DNA of 64,000 bases from Ktedonobacteraceae bacterium (GTDB taxonomy: Bacteria > Chloroflexota > Ktedonobacteria > Ktedonobacterales > Ktedonobacteraceae). How positions within the stretch are numbered: position 1 is the stretch's first letter; every line of letters starts with the position of its first letter. Shown here piece after piece: positions 26,882 to 35,039 of this stretch. The translations under genes were made by a program, and so were the position numbers. The notes below the pieces were generated by a model that had not been told where the DNA came from, ran no database searches, and saw only the letters and a program-made list of their open reading frames with translations. Location: the NCBI GenBank assembly GCA_036384215.1, contig DASVMX010000143.1:21-64020 (forward strand), written 5' to 3'.

Positions 26882-28011
26882 AAACCACGAGCGACGTGAT
26901 TATCGTCGGCGCGGGGATCGTCGGTTGTATGCTGGCCTACTGGCTGCGCAAAAGCGGACGCAGCGTGCTGCTTTTCGAGCGCGGCCAGCCCGGCCAGGAG
27001 GCATCTGGCGCCTATGCCGGTCTGCTCTCGCCCGCCGCCGAGGGGCACGTGGAGGGACCGTACGCGAGCCTCTCCCGGCAGGGGCTGGCCGCGCTGCGGG
27101 AGACTGTGGCGATCCTCCAGGACGAGACCGGCCTTGATGCCGGGCTGGCCTGCGCCCCTCTTTTTCGCGTCGCTACCAGTAAGCAGGAGGGCGAGGTGCT
27201 GTACCAGTACTGGCAGAAGCAACGTACCCTGGGCGGTTCGGCGACATGGCTGGAGGCAAGCGAGGTGCTGGCCGCAGAGCCTGCCTTCTCGCCGCGGATC
27301 ATCGGGGCCATGCGCAGCCCGGAGGAATATCACCTGATGCCCCGCTGCCTGCTGCCGGCAGTAGTCGCTGCCGGCCAGTTGCGCGGCGTGCGGATGCTTG
27401 CGGGAACCGCGGTCAGCCGCCTGCTCACCCGCGGACAGCGCGTCATCGGCGTAGAGGCCGGGGGAACAATCTACCAGACGGAGCAGGTTGTGCTGGCCAG
27501 CGGCGCGTGGTCGCCCGCCCTGCTGCAACCACTCGGACTGGAACTGGCGGTCGCGCCCAAACGCGGGCAGATGCTGACGATTGTCTGTCCTGATTTTCCG
27601 CTCGCTTTCATCGTCAACACAGCCTGGGGCTATCTCGTACCCAAGTCCGACAGGAGCATTGTCGTTGGGGCAACGCAAGAAGACGCGGGCTTTGTCAAGG
27701 CCGTGACCATGTCGGGAATAGCCCAGCTCCTGCGCGTGCTCTCGGTCCTGCCTCCCCTGATGCACGCCACCCTCCAGCAGACCTTCACTGGCCTCAGACC
27801 GATGTCCGCGGATGGGATGCCCCTCCTGGGGCCAGTGCCCGGTTGGGAGGGGCTCTGTGTCGCCACCGGGCACTCCCAGCATGGGATTTTGCTCTCCGAT
27901 ATCACCGCTCGTATGGTCACCGCTCACCTCAATGGAGAAAATCCGGGCGAGCATTGGGCAGACTTTCAGGTCGCCCGCGCCCTCACCCCAGGAAAGGACC
28001 ACGTTCTATGA
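26878..28011 (+). CDS. FAD-dependent oxidoreductase, glycine oxidase (ThiO)/DAO family
   Basis: The dinucleotide fold is DVIIVGAGIVGCMLAYWL. Other ThiO-like segments are VVLASGAWS, KRGQML, GLRPMSADGMPLLG and VATGHSQHGILLS. The TTG start at 26878 (SD GGAAGGAG) overlaps the upstream stop (TTGA). The stop overlaps the next ATG (ATGA). Confidence 0.85.
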   Translation: MKTTSDVIIVGAGIVGCMLAYWLRKSGRSVLLFERGQPGQEASGAYAGLLSPAAEGHVEGPYASLSRQGLAALRETVAILQDETGLDAGLACAPLFRVATSKQEGEVLYQYWQKQRTLGGSATWLEASEVLAAEPAFSPRIIGAMRSPEEYHLMPRCLLPAVVAAGQLRGVRMLAGTAVSRLLTRGQRVIGVEAGGTIYQTEQVVLASGAWSPALLQPLGLELAVAPKRGQMLTIVCPDFPLAFIVNTAWGYLVPKSDRSIVVGATQEDAGFVKAVTMSGIAQLLRVLSVLPPLMHATLQQTFTGLRPMSADGMPLLGPVPGWEGLCVATGHSQHGILLSDITARMVTAHLNGENPGEHWADFQVARALTPGKDHVL

Positions 28012-30083
28012 AGCAGATCCAGCGCTGGCAGATCGTCTTTCCGCCCCAGGTTGACCCTGGCTATCTTCCCTACCGGGCAGCCTCCCTGGCAAAGAGGTTA
28101 CGGCTGGCCGGCCACATAGTCCAACTGGTTGACGATAACCTGAACGCCTACGACTATTTCCTCACCCCCCGGAGCATCGCCGCCGCCGTCCAGCAGGCGG
28201 AGCAGGCGCTGCGGGAAAGCAGCGAGATTGGCCCCGGCGAGACAGAACTGCGCTACTATCGGGCAGTCAAAACGGCCCTGTGCGGACCCGCCTTCGCCGA
28301 GCGGGTAGCGCGGGCCTGGCAGAAGTACCTTGACGCGGATGCCTCGCTGGCCGCGCAGGCCCGGGCGAAGCGGATCGTGCAGCAAGGACTGGAAGCCGCC
28401 AGCCTGGCCACTACGCCCACGCTGATCAGCCTGCACGATCTCAACCTGCGCTACTCAACACAGTCCACCCGGGAGATCATAGCCGCGGCCTCTGATCCTG
28501 CGGAAAATCCCTACCGGGCCTTTTTTCAGGCCCGCCTGAGCCAGGTGCTCCAGGACCAGCCAGAGTCTCTGCTGCTGTGGATCGAATTCGACCAGCAGTT
28601 GATCCCGGCGTTCACCCTGGCACGCTTGCTCAAAGACGCACACAGCCCCACGCGCATCATCCTGGGAGGACCGTTCCTACAGCCGTTCGCGCCCACCTGG
28701 CAGAGCGATGGTCCCTGGCGAACGTTGATCGACGAGGTAATCAGCGGGAACGATGCTCTGGAAGCATTGATCGCCGGTGGGAAAGGGCCAGCAGTGAAGG
28801 AGAACACAACTGGTCCGAATAGAGAGGAGGAGACAGGCGCAGACAAGCTCTGGTCCGTCGATGGCCTGCCCCTGGCACGCTATCCTGGCCAGCCTGCCAC
28901 GGTCGTTCTGACGCTGGACGAGACCGAATTTCTCCCAGGAGAGACGGTACAGACAAGCGCAAAGGTCGCGGACCTGTTCCGGCGCATGCAGACGCTGGCC
29001 CGCGAGGCTACTGGTCTGCGCTTCCACATCGCCACGCCCCTGGAGGTTCCACGGCTGCTCGAACTGGCCGCGCTGATCGAAGCGAACGGCTGCGCTGTAG
29101 CCTGGGGGAGCTTCATTGCATTCGGGGCCGCGCTCACCTCCGAGCAGGCGCGCGCGCTGGCCAGAGCTGGCTGCCACTATCTGCACTTTGAGATCAAGGG
29201 ATACCTTGGCTATCCTGACCCGGCAACGGCTCGCTCGACGATGGTCGCCACCTGGCAGCATACGCGGCAGGCCGGCATGTTCGTGTTATGGACGATTGTG
29301 TATGGCCATCCGCTCGACGACCCCGCGCAGTTTCCCGATGCCGTCGCCTTTCTGGCCGAACACCTCCACCTGGCCGATCGCCTGGTGCGCTTCAAGGTCT
29401 TTCGCCTCTATAGGGGAAGTCGCTTCTGGCGGGACCCGAAAGCCTATGGTATTCGCCTGCTTGCAGCAGAGACGAACAGGGATCTCCAGCGACATTTCGC
29501 TTTTGTCTCCCGCTACGGAATGGAGAGCGAACACCTGCACACTCGGGCCAGGGGCTTTATCGCGACTCTGCAGAAGCGCCTCCAGGATTTTCCCCAGCCG
29601 CCGCTGGCGATGGACGATCGGGCCTTCTCTCGTCCTACCTGGGTGCAAGCCGAGGCCGGGGCAGCCGCGACTATCTCGCTGGACGAACAGGGCCTGCTGA
29701 TGACATCGCCATCGCTCACCATCTGTCGCCTGCACTGTTCGTTCAGCGAGCTGGATCGGCGCTGGAGTGGCTTCCTGCCAGGCTTCTCGCCGCTACCGGC
29801 GGAGGGGACGCTGGCACAGTCGCCCTCGGTAGTAGCGTACGAGGCCGAACATCATCGGCTGCTGGTGGTCAACGGGGCGGTGCTCGCCCTGCTCGAACTA
29901 TGCCGCGAGCCTGTTCGCCAGGAAGTGCTCTTTCAGCGCTTTCCAGCGAAACAGCACGCGGCCCTGCGTTCGGTCCTGGAGAAGCTGATCAGGGATGGGC
30001 TGATTCTGTCACGGGACGGCGAGCCTGTTCGCCCACAACCACCACGCGAAACTCACACGAGCGCCGCCCGTCCTGCTCTGTGA
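28008..30083 (+). CDS. B12-binding/radical-SAM-like protein lacking the CxxxCxxC cluster motif, with C-terminal PqqD/RRE-like domain
   Basis: The N-terminus resembles class B rSAM enzymes (IVFPPQVDPGYLPYRAASLAKRLRLAGHIVQLVDDN..RIILGGPF). The barrel-like segment is ARAGCHYLHFEIKG. GQPATVVLTLDETEFLPGE sits where the Cys triad is expected. The C-terminus LLVVNGAVLALLELCREPVRQEVLFQRFPAKQHAALRSVLEKLIRDGLIL fits a PqqD-like RRE pattern. Confidence 0.6.
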   Translation: MKQIQRWQIVFPPQVDPGYLPYRAASLAKRLRLAGHIVQLVDDNLNAYDYFLTPRSIAAAVQQAEQALRESSEIGPGETELRYYRAVKTALCGPAFAERVARAWQKYLDADASLAAQARAKRIVQQGLEAASLATTPTLISLHDLNLRYSTQSTREIIAAASDPAENPYRAFFQARLSQVLQDQPESLLLWIEFDQQLIPAFTLARLLKDAHSPTRIILGGPFLQPFAPTWQSDGPWRTLIDEVISGNDALEALIAGGKGPAVKENTTGPNREEETGADKLWSVDGLPLARYPGQPATVVLTLDETEFLPGETVQTSAKVADLFRRMQTLAREATGLRFHIATPLEVPRLLELAALIEANGCAVAWGSFIAFGAALTSEQARALARAGCHYLHFEIKGYLGYPDPATARSTMVATWQHTRQAGMFVLWTIVYGHPLDDPAQFPDAVAFLAEHLHLADRLVRFKVFRLYRGSRFWRDPKAYGIRLLAAETNRDLQRHFAFVSRYGMESEHLHTRARGFIATLQKRLQDFPQPPLAMDDRAFSRPTWVQAEAGAAATISLDEQGLLMTSPSLTICRLHCSFSELDRRWSGFLPGFSPLPAEGTLAQSPSVVAYEAEHHRLLVVNGAVLALLELCREPVRQEVLFQRFPAKQHAALRSVLEKLIRDGLILSRDGEPVRPQPPRETHTSAARPAL

Positions 30084-32475
30084 GCCAGAGCTGTCGGGTG
30101 TTCGGGAGCATTTCGGTGATAATCAGGTGGCTGCTCTGCCGCGCAATCTGATCGAGGATCTCGACCAGGAAGTAGCTGGACAGATCGAGATAGAACGGTT
30201 TGGGTTCCTGGGGAGCCCGCACGAACACCTCGTCGGGGAGGTTCTGGCGGGCTTTCCAGCGCCAGATTCCCAGCAAACGGGCAAAGTCCTTTGCCTCGGG
30301 TGCGCAGAGCTGGCCACCTGGCAGTACCCAGCGCTCCCGCTGGTAGACGAGATCATCGATCTCGATCCGCGGGGTATGTTCGCCCAGTTCGATGAACGGC
30401 GGCTGCACGGCGGGAAACGCGAAGGGGGCAATCGGATCAAGTCCCTCACTGCTCTGCTTCAGGGGAGTATAAAGCCTTAACATTCGGTCTTCAGCACTGA
30501 GACGCAACTGCCCCTGCCACTCGCGGATCTCCACGCTCGCCGCGGGGATCGCCCGGCAGTCGGGATACCGGGAGCGCAATTCGAGCGTCGCCCCGGGCAG
30601 CGGATAAGGATAGATTTTGCTCTTGCGGGTATAGGCGATCTGCGCCGCTGCTTCGCCACCTGGCTGCCCCTGGAGCTTTGCCCGCAGGGCTTCCGCAAAG
30701 GCCTGGCCATTGTCGCCCAGGAAAAACGCCGTGGGAAAGACCCACACCAGCGGATAGGGATGGACCTCGCCGAGCACAAGTTGAAAATCGCCTTCCTGTA
30801 GTGCCTCCTGGCTCGCGGCGGCGATCATTATGTCAAGTGAGCTATAGTTGCAGGCGTCGGCTTCAGGTAGCAGAGATAGGCCAGGCAGTTCGTCGCCGCG
30901 CAGGCGCGAGCAGTGCCCGCCGCTGTGTGACCGGACCAGCTCGCGAAGTTCGTGGAGAAAGGCGTCCAGTTCGTCTGGCCCGGTGACAGAAGCGGGCGAT
31001 TTCTGCTGCTGGAGCGCCTGCAGATAGGCCAGGAATGGCACGCCAGTGCCGGATTCCGGCAGCAGGCGCTGCCAGAGCGCCCGGGCCGCGCGCTGCTGTC
31101 GCTGTAGCATAAGCTGGCCGTTGACCTGCGACAGGCGCAGCAGCGGCTGCATCTTCTCCTCGATGGCCCGGGCGAGATCTCCCCCGAGCGTGCATTGCGC
31201 CAGGTTCCCCAGGCACTCCTCGAAGAGGAGCAAGCGATCGCTGTACATCTTGCCCGCCCCGCGCCGCGTCGATTTACCGCAGATGCCTGTGACATATGCC
31301 TCCAGTTCAGCCAGAACCTCTACGCGCGCGGGAAAATCGCTGCTGGCGAAGGCGTGGACGAGACGCTCGATCTCATCCAGCACCCCGATCCAGGTAGCTC
31401 GGGCCGACAGATCTTCCGGCAGGCCGGTCAGCCACTCGCGCAGCACAGCCAGCGGCTGGCTGCTATCGCCAGGCAGGATTATCTCCAGGGTCAGGGCGCC
31501 GGGCTTCTGGAGCCGTCTGCCCCGCTCCCAGGTGGCCGTCCAGTCCTCGTCGAGCAGCGCGGCCAGCTCTTGCAGCGTGCGCTGGCCGTCGGCCAGTTGA
31601 AAGAGCCGCACTGACCGCTCGTCGAGCACGAGGGAAATCCCCGCAGCAGGAAACACAAGGCGCTCATCGGCCTCCAGGCGACAGAAGGTGCCGCGCCGGG
31701 GCCTGAGATACGGCTGGATACCCGGATCGGCGCTCACGGCGGCGGCCAGCGTCTCGGCCAGCCACTGGCCGGGAAAAGCTACCCGCTGACGGATAGCGGC
31801 CTGGGCCTGGCGCATCTGTAACTTGCAGGAGGCATCCAGATCGAACTGGCCATAGTTGATCGGGCCAAAGAAGCTCTGGGTCTCGTTCTTGGCGCAGAAG
31901 CGCTGGAGGTAGAAGACCAGCCGTCGCTCCAGTTTGCGGATGGCGCTGGTGCGCGTGCTATCGCCGTCGCTGCTGAGATAGCGTTGCAGAGCCGCAAACA
32001 TGTCGGGATTGGAGAGGAAAATGGCTTCCTGCACGCGAGGATCGGCAACGATCCGGCGCAGTTCCCGCCGTCTCTCAGCAAGCTCGCGCTGCCAGGTCGC
32101 CTGACCATCCGCCAGCAGGGCCGTGTGCTCCGCCAGCAGGATATTCCAGCGCGCCAGGAGTTCCCGGTGCTCGCCGTAGAAGGACGCAAGCGGGAGCACC
32201 TCCAGGTTCTCGACGCAGCGTCGATGGCCCACGGACCGCCGCGAGGAGGAAAGGCTGGAGAGGAGCGAGCTCTGCTGCTCCTCTCGCGCCTGCCTGACCA
32301 CCACGGGAAAGCTCTCCTCCAGCAACAGGCGCTGTAACCCGGCGATATCCGCCTCGCAGCGCAGGATCTCACGTATCTTGCTCGTTGTGCAGGGAAATTT
32401 CAGCCGTTCAAGCAATTCTATGGGGAAGCCAGTCGTCCTGACGGCAAACGGTGAGAGAATGGTCCACGTTTCCAT
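29989..32475 (-). CDS. LanB N-terminal domain-only protein, small LanB / PEARL-like, paralog 3
   Basis: Motifs are FAVRTTGFPIELL, PRVQEAIFLSNPDMF, KLERRLVFYLQRFCAKNETQSFFGPINYG, MYSDRLLLFEECLG, HTPRIEIDDLVYQRERWVL and KPFYLDLSSYF. The start is ATG 32475 (SD GAGGAGGG), 4 nt after the stop of paralog 4. Confidence 0.8.
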   Translation of the reverse strand: METWTILSPFAVRTTGFPIELLERLKFPCTTSKIREILRCEADIAGLQRLLLEESFPVVVRQAREEQQSSLLSSLSSSRRSVGHRRCVENLEVLPLASFYGEHRELLARWNILLAEHTALLADGQATWQRELAERRRELRRIVADPRVQEAIFLSNPDMFAALQRYLSSDGDSTRTSAIRKLERRLVFYLQRFCAKNETQSFFGPINYGQFDLDASCKLQMRQAQAAIRQRVAFPGQWLAETLAAAVSADPGIQPYLRPRRGTFCRLEADERLVFPAAGISLVLDERSVRLFQLADGQRTLQELAALLDEDWTATWERGRRLQKPGALTLEIILPGDSSQPLAVLREWLTGLPEDLSARATWIGVLDEIERLVHAFASSDFPARVEVLAELEAYVTGICGKSTRRGAGKMYSDRLLLFEECLGNLAQCTLGGDLARAIEEKMQPLLRLSQVNGQLMLQRQQRAARALWQRLLPESGTGVPFLAYLQALQQQKSPASVTGPDELDAFLHELRELVRSHSGGHCSRLRGDELPGLSLLPEADACNYSSLDIMIAAASQEALQEGDFQLVLGEVHPYPLVWVFPTAFFLGDNGQAFAEALRAKLQGQPGGEAAAQIAYTRKSKIYPYPLPGATLELRSRYPDCRAIPAASVEIREWQGQLRLSAEDRMLRLYTPLKQSSEGLDPIAPFAFPAVQPPFIELGEHTPRIEIDDLVYQRERWVLPGGQLCAPEAKDFARLLGIWRWKARQNLPDEVFVRAPQEPKPFYLDLSSYFLVEILDQIARQSSHLIITEMLPNTRQLWLTEQDGRRSCEFRVVVVGEQARRPVTESAHP

Positions 32476-32479
32476 AGCG

Positions 32480-34978
32480 TTATCCCTCCTCGCTTTCCGC
32501 CAGGGAAAAGGGCCAGCCATTGCCAGGCGCGCTGCTCAAAACGGTTCGCAGTTCGCAGCAATAACGTCCGGTGGCCTTGTCGCCAAGCCAGAGGTGCTCG
32601 GGATCGGGCCACATTTCCACGAAGGTGATGGTCTCCGTCTGACCGACCAGGTGGGCCAGCAGTTCCAGGGCAAAGTAGTTGTGGAAGTCGATATAGATGG
32701 GTTTTGGTTCTGTAGGCATGGAGATAAAGACGTGGTCGGGCAGGCCCAGGCGCTGCTGAAATTCCAGCATGTCGATGAAAAGCTGGAACGACGTTCCCTG
32801 GGCGTGTCCACCGGGAATGGCGGAGGACGGTACCTCCCAGCGCTCCCGCTGATAGACCACGCCCTGGATCTCGATGCGAGGCGTGTGCTCTCCCAGGCGT
32901 ACGGGCACCTGGCGCACCAGGGGATAGGAGAAACAGGCGAACGGCGCGTAGAGCGGCTCAGGCACGGAGTAGGACGGCGGATAGAAGCAGAGGGCGCGCG
33001 GATCGCCGGGCCGGCGCAGCAGTAATTCTTCGCCCTGGCGCTCAACCACGAGCTGGCTCAACTCGGGCTGGCCAGGCCGGGTGGAGACGGATGATACCTG
33101 CAGGCTCTGGCCGGCAAACTCGGGTGGGGCTGTCTTCATATGCCTGCCAAAGAGAAGATTCGTCGGCATGAGGGCGTCGGTCGGGGCAGGCAGACAGCGG
33201 GCAATCTCGCTCTCCCAGGCTCCGGGATTATCGACAAAGGTCAGCATCCAACCGACTGGCTGCACGCCATGGTGGATCTCGCCGAGTACGACCTGGTAGC
33301 GGCCCTGATCCACCGCCTCACCATCAGAGGCCGCCAGGAGAACGTCGGGCGAGAGGACCACTGGCTGCGCAAGGGGCTGGCAGAGGGGAGCCAGGTCCGC
33401 CGCCGAGAGAGCGCAGGTGTGTGCTGTGCTGCGCCAGGCCACCAGGTCGGCAAAGCGCTGCTGGAGTTGCTCCGCGGCAGGTGAAGGGGCTGGCTCGGAA
33501 TAGCGCCGCCTCCAGGCCGAGAGAAAACGAATAAAAGGGATGGAACGGCCATCCGCGCTGCATTCGTCGAAGAGCCTGTTCGCCCGGGCGTGCAGATCGG
33601 CGAGCGCGAGCTGACTATAAGTCGCGCCGAGTGCGGCAATCGGCGTGAGGGCCTCGCTCATCTTCTGGTGATGCTGCTCGCTCAGCCGCAACTCCACGAG
33701 ATTGCCCAGACACTCCTCGTATAGAAGGATGCGGTCCTGGAACATCTTGCCCTGGCCACGGCGCGCTTCGCTCTCCGTCAGCTCGGTATAACGCGCCTCC
33801 AGGTCCGCCAGGATGGCCTGGCGCTGCGAGAGATCGGCCTCGGAGAAGCGCTGGCAGGAGTGCTGGAACCAGGTCAGAATGACCAGCCAGCGCCGCTGAG
33901 CCTCACAATCGGCTGGCAGGGTCCCAAGTTGCTGGATCAGATAGTCCAGGGGATCGAGAATGGCGGCAGGGATCGGCAGATCGAGGCGTAGATAGCCTGC
34001 GGCCACCAGGCGCTCCACCGCCGCGAGTGTCTCCGCGAGCGACAGACCCAGGAGGCCGGCCAGTTCCACGACCCTGCGACTCCCATCGCAGAGCGCGTAC
34101 AGATCCTGGTCCTCGACCGGGCGCGGGCGCAGAAAGACGTGCCCTGGACACAGGTAGGGGCGCAACTCGGGCTCTCTGGCAACGCTCCTGGCCAGCTCGA
34201 CGATGGCCCAGTAGGCAAAGAACACGTGGCGCTGGCGGATACGATCCGCAGATCGGCACGAGCGAAAACCCGTTTCGCCCTCAAAGACGCCATAGTTGAG
34301 CGGCCCGAAGAAGCTGGTGGTGTCATTTTTCGCGCAGAAACGCTGTAAATAGGTATAGAAGCGCCGTTCGAGATGCTTGATCTTGAACGGGCGATGGTGC
34401 GGGTCCCAGTGGCGGCGATAGTAATGCCATCCGACCTCGTAGATTGAGGGATTGGAGAGCCAGAGAGCTTCCTGAGTACTCGCGGCTCCAACCAGATCGT
34501 AGAGGGTCCGGCGTCGTTCCTCGAGCTCGCCCTGAAAGGTCCTTTCGCCCTCCTCCTGGAGCTGGCTCAATTCCAGGCAGGTACTTTGCCAGCCGACCAG
34601 CCAGTCAGCGAGCAATGGCCGGCCATGGTCCTCGCGCACGGCGGCGATTACGGCCGGATCAGGCGGCTGGCCGCGCCGGATAGTGCGCGCCAGTTTGTAC
34701 CAGAAGCGAAAGGCCTCTTTGTCCCGCCCGGCCTCCGTCTCTTCCGCGCACAGAGTCGGAAAGAGCTCTTCCTCAAAGCGCTGCTGGAGTTGCTTCTGGT
34801 GGGCCTGAGTGTGGAGAAATTGCCGGGCGATGACGACGCTGGCGGAGAAGCGCAGCGAGGTCAACCAGTCAAAGGGAAAACCGGTGCCACGCAGCACAAA
34901 ATACTTCATCAGATGCCAGGAATGCGCCCGCTCTCCACTATCCTGAGTTGCTTGCAGATCGATCAAATGCTGGTTCAT
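32480..34978 (-). CDS. LanB N-terminal domain-only protein, small LanB / PEARL-like, paralog 4
   Basis: Motifs are FVLRGTGFPFDWL, STQEALWLSNPSIY, HLERRFYTYLQRFCAKNDTTSFFGPLNYG, MFQDRILLYEECLG, HTPRIEIQGVVYQRERWEV and KPIYIDFHNYF. Confidence 0.8.
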   Translation of the reverse strand: MNQHLIDLQATQDSGERAHSWHLMKYFVLRGTGFPFDWLTSLRFSASVVIARQFLHTQAHQKQLQQRFEEELFPTLCAEETEAGRDKEAFRFWYKLARTIRRGQPPDPAVIAAVREDHGRPLLADWLVGWQSTCLELSQLQEEGERTFQGELEERRRTLYDLVGAASTQEALWLSNPSIYEVGWHYYRRHWDPHHRPFKIKHLERRFYTYLQRFCAKNDTTSFFGPLNYGVFEGETGFRSCRSADRIRQRHVFFAYWAIVELARSVAREPELRPYLCPGHVFLRPRPVEDQDLYALCDGSRRVVELAGLLGLSLAETLAAVERLVAAGYLRLDLPIPAAILDPLDYLIQQLGTLPADCEAQRRWLVILTWFQHSCQRFSEADLSQRQAILADLEARYTELTESEARRGQGKMFQDRILLYEECLGNLVELRLSEQHHQKMSEALTPIAALGATYSQLALADLHARANRLFDECSADGRSIPFIRFLSAWRRRYSEPAPSPAAEQLQQRFADLVAWRSTAHTCALSAADLAPLCQPLAQPVVLSPDVLLAASDGEAVDQGRYQVVLGEIHHGVQPVGWMLTFVDNPGAWESEIARCLPAPTDALMPTNLLFGRHMKTAPPEFAGQSLQVSSVSTRPGQPELSQLVVERQGEELLLRRPGDPRALCFYPPSYSVPEPLYAPFACFSYPLVRQVPVRLGEHTPRIEIQGVVYQRERWEVPSSAIPGGHAQGTSFQLFIDMLEFQQRLGLPDHVFISMPTEPKPIYIDFHNYFALELLAHLVGQTETITFVEMWPDPEHLWLGDKATGRYCCELRTVLSSAPGNGWPFSLAESEEG

Positions 34979-35039
34979 ACGCAGGGAAACCTTCTCTTTC
35001 TTCTGTCACGCGCTGGTCGCGCCTGTTTGTAAGACCGGA

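Noticed and set aside
22605-28002. Long minus-strand ORFs at 22605-23792 (395 aa), 25535-26698 (387 aa) and 26815-28002 (395 aa).
   Set aside because: Each is antisense to a gene with clear family motifs: TPR paralog 2, LanB-like 2 and the ThiO-like oxidase. None shows motifs or an SD.
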